A stretch of 63,784 nt of DNA, the filler included, from Chrysochromulina tobinii (lineage: Eukaryota): the NCBI GenBank assembly GCA_001275005.1. It is 6 parts of 6 records of this genome, joined end to end, with 100 filler letters (N's around TTAATTAATTAA, not from the genome) between each part and the next. Parts side by side here need not be neighbours in the genome. Positions count along the whole stretch, not along the records: positions 54,599 to 62,494 come from JWZX01000116.1; positions 62,595 to 63,784 come from JWZX01000120.1; 4 more parts are not named here. One strand, written 5' to 3'. Shown piece after piece: positions 56,514-63,784 of this stretch; positions within the stretch are counted from its first letter, which is position 1; the number at the start of each line of letters is the position of its first letter. Under the pieces are notes generated by a model. That model searched no databases. It was not told the origin of the DNA and saw only the letters and a program-made list of their open reading frames with translations. The position numbers and the translations under genes are program-made.

Positions 56514-57398
56514 ATGGCGTTCGCTAGTCGCGCCATTCCGATCGCATATCGATCGAGCTCCATGGGCATTCGTAGCCCCGACAGGATGCCCGTCGACGAT
56601 GGGCGAAACCGATGGGAGCCGATCACGGCTGACACGCACGAGAGTACGGGCTCTGTGCGCCCGCCATGGATCAAGTTGCCCTCCAACCTCGACAGCATTC
56701 GTGCACTCAGCCCGTCGACCCATAGCACGGCGCGCTCGACGGCCTCGCTCGTTTCCAAGGCCTCTCCCGGCACGCCCTCCTCCGTGCCTCCCCCTGGGCT
56801 GAGAATGACGTCAAGTGTGATGTCGCGAGATGATCGGGGAGATGGGCTGTGGGGAGATGGGCTGAGGAGCTCCAGCCCGACCTTCGCGTCGGAGAGGCGT
56901 GGGCGGACGCCCACGCCCGTCGACATGGCCGCGCGTCCATCCACACCGGGCACGTTCTGGAAACCCGATCACCAGCCCAACGCCCTCTCCCCGCCCACCG
57001 TTTCCCGCCAAGGCTGCATGCAACGGCACCCCATAGTTTGGCAGGCCGAGGGGAGCCTTCTATTCCCGGTGGCTTGGCACGACTCGCCGCAGCTGCGCGA
57101 GCCGCTCAAGTCGCCACGGAAGGTCGCCACCCTTAAATCCAACTCGGCGGCGCTGCTCCGATCTCCCAAATCTCCCTCGCACCTCAAGCCGCACGAGCTG
57201 ATTCGTCAAGTTCCGATCTTGCGGATCCGAGATTCGGAGCGCGCCAGCGTCGATGCGAGGTCGCTCACCCTGTACCGCCAGCCACAGCCCTTGGTGGCCA
57301 ACGCGACGAGCGACGAGATGAGGGGCGACAGTCATGCAGTCAAGACGCCCCGGTCCATCCGCTGCAACAAGATAAGGGTCGTTCGTGGGGTCGTCTGA
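56514..57398 (+). CDS. Hypothetical Ser/Pro/Arg-rich protein (294 aa)
   Basis: ATG-initiated ORF flanked by AT-richer intergenic DNA; no recognisable domain. Confidence 0.55.
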   Translation: MAFASRAIPIAYRSSSMGIRSPDRMPVDDGRNRWEPITADTHESTGSVRPPWIKLPSNLDSIRALSPSTHSTARSTASLVSKASPGTPSSVPPPGLRMTSSVMSRDDRGDGLWGDGLRSSSPTFASERRGRTPTPVDMAARPSTPGTFWKPDHQPNALSPPTVSRQGCMQRHPIVWQAEGSLLFPVAWHDSPQLREPLKSPRKVATLKSNSAALLRSPKSPSHLKPHELIRQVPILRIRDSERASVDARSLTLYRQPQPLVANATSDEMRGDSHAVKTPRSIRCNKIRVVRGVV

Positions 57399-57798
57399 AT
57401 GTCAACGCGCTGCACGCTTCTAGAGACTCCTGAAACGCGAGGAGACGATGCATACGATTGTACACTGCAAACTGTGCGCTGTGTTGCCGCTACATGTATG
57501 TGCCTTCTGATGCCGCACGCACGAGACAAAACGTCTTCAAATGCGTGTTACCTGATCTTGTGGCTATTTATACATACAAAGCCTTCGCAATGTCCTCTCC
57601 TTTTTGTGTACGATCACCTCGAACGTCCATCATGCGTTTCGACGCAATTCAAAGTTCATCCGAGGATGCATGCGTAACAATTTGGGGTATCAAACCCTCA
57701 AGTTTTCGTGGGTGGTCCCAAAAGGCCAACTTTTGCCTCCAGCGTGGAGCTCGCTGCGCCGCCCCTCCTCACCAGCTCGTGCCCCTTGCGCGTCAGCC

Positions 57799-60700
57799 AT
57801 GGGAGGCGAGGGCCGCACGAGGAAGCTCGCCGCGGGGATGACCAAGGACGACATCCCGCGCATCATCAAGGAACTCAAGAGCGCTCCTCAGGACGGCAAG
57901 GAGAAGTCCGCGTACCTGCTCGACATCATGGCCGAGCAGGAGGAGAACGTCAAGGCGATGGTGAAGGCGGGCGCGATCGGGCCGCTCGTGGAACTCGTCG
58001 CCTCGGGCAATGACGGCGGCCAAATCCACGCCTGCTCCACTCTCGCGCAGATCGCGCTCGCGGAGACCGACTTCACGTCAGAGGGGAATCCGCGTGATGC
58101 GATCGTGCTCGCAGGGGCGATCACGCCGCTCGTGAGCGTGCTGCGCAGCGGCTCGGAGAAGGCGCAGATGCACGCCGCCGCCGCCCTCGCCTCCCTCTCT
58201 GAGGACCCAGAGAACCAGATGCCCATCATCAAGGCCGGCGCGATCGCGCCGCTCGTCCGCCTACTCCGCGTTGGGACTGACGATGCCAAGATCTCAGCGG
58301 CCGACTGCGTGGCGAACGTGTCGGCGGCGAATATGGAGGCGCAGGCGGCCGTGCATGCGGCGGGCGCCGTCCCACTCTTGCTCGAGATGCTCAAGGGAGG
58401 CAAGGCGCAGCAAGCGGCTGCCAACGCCCTCGCGAAGCTTCTCTGGCCAGGTGATGACCCCTGATGACATATCTGATGACCGCTGATGACCGCTGATGAC
58501 CGCTGATGACCCCTCGGAATATTGCATGCTCGCCCTCGCGCCTCGCTGCTCTGGCCAGGTGATGACCCCTGATGACCGCTGATGACCGCTGATGACCGCT
58601 GATGACCGCTGATGACCGCTGATGACCCCTCGAATTGCATGCTCACCCTCGCGCCTCGCTGCTCTGGCCAGGCCCGGACCTCTCTCTTGCGGCCAACGTG
58701 GCCATCCAGCTATCGATCCTGGAGCAGGGCGGCATCGCACCGCTCCTCGCTCTGCTCAACGGCGTGTCGGATAAGGCGCAGGTCTCCGCCGCCGAAGCAC
58801 TCTCCCATGATGACCTCTGATGACCGCTGATGGCCGCTGATGACAAGGCACCGGTCTCGGCTGCCGAAGCGCTTCTCTCATATGGCTGACCCGCCTGGCA
58901 TGCAAGTGCTCACTACGGCGCTTCACACACCCGATTCACAGGTCTCCGCCGCCCGAAGCGCTCTCCAATGTGGCACGGAGCAACGTGGACACCCAATCGG
59001 AGATCGCCAGGGCGGGGGGGCATCGGGCCCCTCCTCGCCATCGTCACCTCCCGCAACCCAAACGCGCAGGCACATGATGACCCCTGATGACCCCTGATGA
59101 CCCCTGATGACCCCTGATGACCCCTCGAAGGGCGGCAAGCTCACCCTATCCCGCAACCCACACGCCTAGGCCCGAGGCGCGAGCGCCCGAGTGCTCACCA
59201 CGACGCCTCGCTGCTTCCCCACAGGCCCAAGGCGCGAGCGCTCTAGCACAGCTCTCCCGATTCAACCGTGACAACCAGGACTCTGTGGCGCGTGCTGGGG
59301 GCATCAAGCTACTCGTAGAGCTGCTCGCGCCCCACCACCCTCTCGACGTCCAGGTGGGTGCCGCTGATGACTCACCTGATGACCCTTGATGAGCACTGAT
59401 GCCTCCTGACGACCCTGCACACCCCTGGATGGCCACTTTCATTGCATGCGCGGCCCTCCCGACGTGCAGGCCATGGCCGCTCTCGCTGTGGCCTCTGATG
59501 ACCTCTGATAACCTCTGATGACCTCTGATGACCTCTGATGACCTCCCTCATCAGGCCATGGCCGCTGTGACCTCTGATAACCTCTGATGACCTCTGATGA
59601 CCTCTAATGACCGCTGATGACCTCTGTTGACCTCCCTCATCAGGCCATGGCCGCTCTCGCTGTGACCGAGATCAGCCGCAACAACTTCGCCAACCAGACC
59701 GCGTGTGCCGACAACGGGGCCATCGGCTCGCTCGTGGCGCAGCTGCGCCTGAGCGGCGCGAGGGGTGCCCGAGATGCACTCTCCCGAGATGCACTCTCCC
59801 GAGATGCACTCTCCCGAGATGCAATCTCCCCGGCGGTGCCAGGCACGGAGGAAGTGAAGGCAGAGGCGGCGGGCGCGATCTGGGTCCTCTCCGAAGGGCA
59901 CGTCGAGAACAAGATCGCCATCGCCAGCGCCGGTGGCATCGCGCCGACGGTGAGCTTGCCTTGGGAGAGGCTCATGATTACGGGCGGAGCCGTCGATCGC
60001 ACCATGATTGCACCCTGATTACGCCATGATCGCGCCATGATTGCGCCACGATTACGGGCGGAGCCGTCGATCGCACCATGATTGCACCCTGATTACGCCA
60101 TGATCGCGCCATGATTGCGCCACGATTACGGGCGGAGCCGTCGATCGCACCATGATTGCACCCTGATTACGCCATGATCGCGCCATGATTGCGCCACGAT
60201 TACGGGCGGAGCCGTCGATCGCACCATGATTGCACCCTGATTACGCCATGATCGCGCCATGATTGCGCCACGATTACGGGCGGAGCCGTCGATCGCACCA
60301 TGATTGCCAGTGGACGCCCGCCGAGTTTGATATGGACGTCCCTAATTTGGCAGGTGAGCCTGCTCGAGACGGGCGGAGCCCGGGCCCAATTGCATGCAGC
60401 GAACGCGCTCGCGTCGCTGGGCTTCCAGAACATCGACAACCAGCGCCAGATGTCGATGCTGCTGGTGAGTCTCCTCGGCACTGGGGGCGTTGAGGGCGCC
60501 GTGACGGGCACCGAGGCGACAGCGAGGGCTGGACGGTCGACGGAGGCCAAGTCGAACGCCGCCGCAGCGCTCTGGCGCCTAGTGCGTGAAAACCCGAACT
60601 CGATCGAGGAGGTGCGATCTCCCTTGATGAGCACTGATTGCTTGACTGAATGGCGCCTAGTGCGTGAAAACCCGAACTCGATTGAGGAGGTGCGATCTCC

Positions 60701-62494
60701 CTTGATGAGCACTGATTGCTTGACTGAATGGCGCCTAGTGCGTGAAAACCCGAACTCGATTGAGGAGGTGTGTGTGCGCGTGGCCTCTGAGGACCTCTGA
60801 CTGACTTTTGATGACCTCTGACGACATCTGACGACATCTGACGACATCTGACGACCTCTGACCCTCTGATTGCATCCCTAATCAGGTGGCCAAGGCGGGT
60901 CCGACCTCCGATCTGATCTTCCTCCTCAAGCACGGCACGACCGAGGCGCGCGCGTACGCCCTCTGGTCGCTCTCGCTCTCAATTACGGAGAGCAATCAGA
61001 AGACGCTACTCGATGAGGACGGCGTCGAGCCGCTCGTTAAGTCGTTACACTCGCCCGTACAGGTGACGGCCACTGATGACCACTGATGACCGCTGATGAC
61101 CGCTGATGACCGCTGATGACCGCTGATGACCGCCGATGACCGATGATGACCGCTGATGACCGCTGATGACCTCTCTCATTGCATGCGCCCCACTCGCCCG
61201 TCCAGATCACGAGGCAGCAAGCGGCCGCCGCCCTCGCGAGCCTCGTCAAGAACAATGCGAAGGCGCAGATTGCAGTCGCATCCAAAGGCGGGATTGAACC
61301 TCTCATCAAGATCATCTCCGCACCGGCGCCGTCTCCTCCTGCGCTGCCACCCTCAGCGCACGAAGAAGCGGAGGCGCAGTTGCCTAATATGGGCACGCCC
61401 CCAAAACAGCTCACCCCTACCGTCGACCTCACAGTGCAGCTGGTGACCGAAGAGGATACGATGGACTCGAAGCAGTGCGCCGCCGCCGCCGCGCTCTCTG
61501 ACCTCTGCCTTGCATGCGAGTGCTCACCACGGCGCGACCTCCTCCCTTCCCACAGGTACGCCGCCGCCGCGCTCTCCGACCTCGCCCTCGTCGCCGCCAA
61601 CCGCGACGAGGTGGTCGAAAAGAACGGCATAATGCCGCTGGTCAGTTTGCTGACCGTCGCCGACAACGAGGGCAAACTCCTTGCCGACAAGGCCAAAAAG
61701 TTCGCCGCGGCGGCGCTCGCGCGACTAGCGGATGGTCATCAGCAGACTGCGGCCGACATTGCCCAGGTGCCCAACTGATTGCCTCCCTCATCCAACTGAT
61801 TGCCCGCTGGGTACAGGCGGGGGCCCTCCTCCCACTGATGACCTCTTGATTGACTCGTGATTGCCTCCCTCATTAGGCGGGCGCCATCCCCCACCTCTTG
61901 ATGACCTCTTTTGACTCGTGATTGCCTCCCTCATCAGGCGGGCGCCATCCCCCACCTCGTCGGTCTGCTCGACGGCACGTGTGGGGACCCGGCCCAGGAG
62001 GAGGCCGCTGGTGCCCTCTTCTCTCTCGCGGACGACAACTCGAACCGGCTCGCGATCACCGAGGCTGGCGGCATCGGGCCTCTCGTCGAGTTGCTCGGCA
62101 GCCGTAACTCGCGCGCTCGCAAGCATGCGGAGGTGGGACTGCTCCCCTGTCACTGATTGCATGCGGAGGTCACTGATTGCATGCGGAGGTGGGACTGCTC
62201 CCCCGTCACTGATTGCCAGTGAGCTCAGCCCTAATTTGGGCAGTGAGCTCGGCCCTAATTTGGGCAAGTCGCCCTCTCCGATGACCTCCCTGATGACCTC
62301 CCAATGACCTCCCTAATGACCTCCCTGATGACCTCCCAATGACCTCCCTAATGACCTCCCTGATGACCTCCCAATGACCTCCCTAATGACCTCCCTGATG
62401 ACCTCCCGATGACCTCCCTAATGAGTCCTTAATGGCAGGGCGCCCTCGTACGTCTCTCCCTCGAGTCCGCCAACCGCGCTCTCATCATCAAGAA
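57799..62494 (+). CDS. Armadillo-repeat (Vac8-like) protein with about 11 introns; 3'-partial
   Basis: Repeated AGAIxPLVxLL...AAxALxxL. Hand-placed introns: 58451-58671, 58782-58941, 59070-59224, 59354-59643, 59756-59842, 59950-60353, 60612-60885, 61063-61205, 61475-61555, 61767-61937, 62133-62438. Two homopolymer +1 errors (about 58953 and 59017) are needed to keep frame. Confidence 0.85.
59976..60307 (+). repeat. Intronic 74-bp minisatellite, about 4.5 copies
   Basis: Unit gattacgggcggagccgtcgatcgcaccatgattgcaccctgattacgccatgatcgcgccatgattgcgccac. Confidence 0.9.
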
Positions 62495-62594
62495 NNNNNN
62501 NNNNNNNNNNNNNNNNNNNNNNNNNNNNNNNNNNNNNNTTAATTAATTAANNNNNNNNNNNNNNNNNNNNNNNNNNNNNNNNNNNNNNNNNNNN
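62495..62594. other. Artificial contig linker
   Basis: N-TTAATTAATTAA-N. Confidence 0.97.
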
Positions 62595-63043
62595 AGTGGA
62601 CGGCGATCGACAGAGTGGATGCTCTCCAGTGCGCCATCTCGCCGTGCTCTCAGCTGGCTCACGTGCCAGATGCCTTCCGTACTGATTGGGCACGGGCACA
62701 GTCTGAGGTCTTCGCTATCCTCCTCGATGGTTTTGCTCTCTGGAGGGCCTCTGGGGACCGATCTGCTTTGGATCGGGGCCTTAAGTGGCATCTCGCCCTT
62801 TCGGCTATCCTCCTTCGAGGCAGGCGCCGTGCTGGTCGTCGCGGTGACGTCGCTGTAGCTCAGCGCTTTGGTCACTGGTGTGCTGGCAGACGCGATCTGC
62901 TCGTGCGCTTGTGGCTTGATGACCGGGGGAGATCTGCGGAGTACCGTCGTCTACGCGCTGAGTCCTCGACACCGGACCCCGCCGCCACGATCGAGCGCGT
63001 CCTTGAGCACATCGACGACGGAGCGCCGCAGCCCCTTGGGTAA
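62595..63043 (+). mobile_element. Possible fragment of a CRE-like non-LTR retrotransposon ORF (pre-RT region)
   Basis: RGLKWHLALSAILLRG...RFGHWCAG...LVRLW resembles, from memory only, the region upstream of RT in CRE-type elements. The ORF ends abruptly and no RT motif is present. Confidence 0.4.
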
Positions 63044-63784
63044 CCGTTCACCATCCCAGCGACACTAGTGAGGAGACGCCAGCCTCGTGAGACCCGCCGT
63101 CTCCGAGAGCGGCTCCGTACAGCGTATGCCTTGCTCTTTGGTCCCGGCGGGATCGATGCCGCACGAGCTTATGCCGAGGAGCACGATCTCGAGGTCTCGG
63201 AGCCGACCTCCCAACCTCCGGCGTCGACGACGAACCGCTGACGCCCTACTGACGCCCGCCGCTGTATCCCGAGAACGAGGCGCCCAAGACGCCTGGAGAC
63301 GAAGCCGCTGGGCTATCCACGCCCAAGTAGGAGACGAGCATCTCGCTGAACTCGCTGCACGAACACACCAAGCCGAGGCGCTCAGAAGGATGCGAAGCAA
63401 GCCAACAGGTGGAGCTCGGCTGCACGCTCCATGCCGCGAACCAAGTATCCGAGGATCGCACGATGATCCACATTACCGATGTTCACCGGGCGAACATCAG
63501 GTGAGGCGCGCGGTGGAGCCGGTGGAGCCTGGACCCCCTCTGGCTGCTCTCCGGCAGGTGCAGCTGCCATAGCCTCCGCAGCTGCTGCGGCCTCCTCTGG
63601 CGAGACAGCTCGAGCGCGCAGGACGACCTGCTGGCAAATGACTGCGCCATGGCAAGCATCACGGCAGGCCTGAGTGCACGCGAGCTGAACGTGAGCGCCG
63701 GCCGCCACGAGTGCCGCAATGCGACGGAGCTCGGTGTCACGACGCGTGATGGCATCGGGCTCGAGACGGGGCTCCGAGACCTCG

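Noticed and set aside
17151..62594. Recurrent TTAATTAATTAA palindrome within N-runs
   Set aside because: Identical 100-nt artificial linker with six-frame stops joining contigs; not biological.
63044..63784. Possible second mobile element or gene at the window end
   Set aside because: Only short ORFs without recognisable motifs; insufficient evidence.

Overview
GC-rich eukaryotic nuclear DNA, most likely from a haptophyte alga of the Chrysochromulina type. This is inferred from a nucleus-encoded plastid sigma factor with a signal-peptide-like leader, GC-AG introns, Pro-rich CDDGG proteins and RI-type LRR proteins. The window is six contigs joined by artificial N-TTAATTAATTAA-N linkers, so adjacency across gaps is not biological. 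About 19 genes can be modelled: Ski2-like helicase, ankyrin/2OG-Fe(II) oxygenase, TMCO1, AK9-like protein, plastid sigma factor, PDZ-fibrillin, a giant coiled-coil protein, two kinases, RPC31, a Skp1/F-box/LRR fusion, PUS7, GH47 mannosidase, tricorn protease, an EST1/SMG-like protein, an ARM-repeat protein and several hypothetical proteins. There is also a Ty1/copia polyprotein, a CpG-decayed pseudogene block and a TCGAC-rich foldback repeat family. The most striking signal is intron architecture. Most introns carry copies of their own flanking exon junction, are filled with sense-strand CTGAT-decamer repeats or a shared TGCATGC(A/G)AGTGCTCACCAC core, and are often stacks of complete G(T/C)...AG units with zero-length exons between them. 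This looks like an ongoing intron-generating and possibly recursive-splicing system. All exon models were derived by hand and need RNA-seq confirmation.
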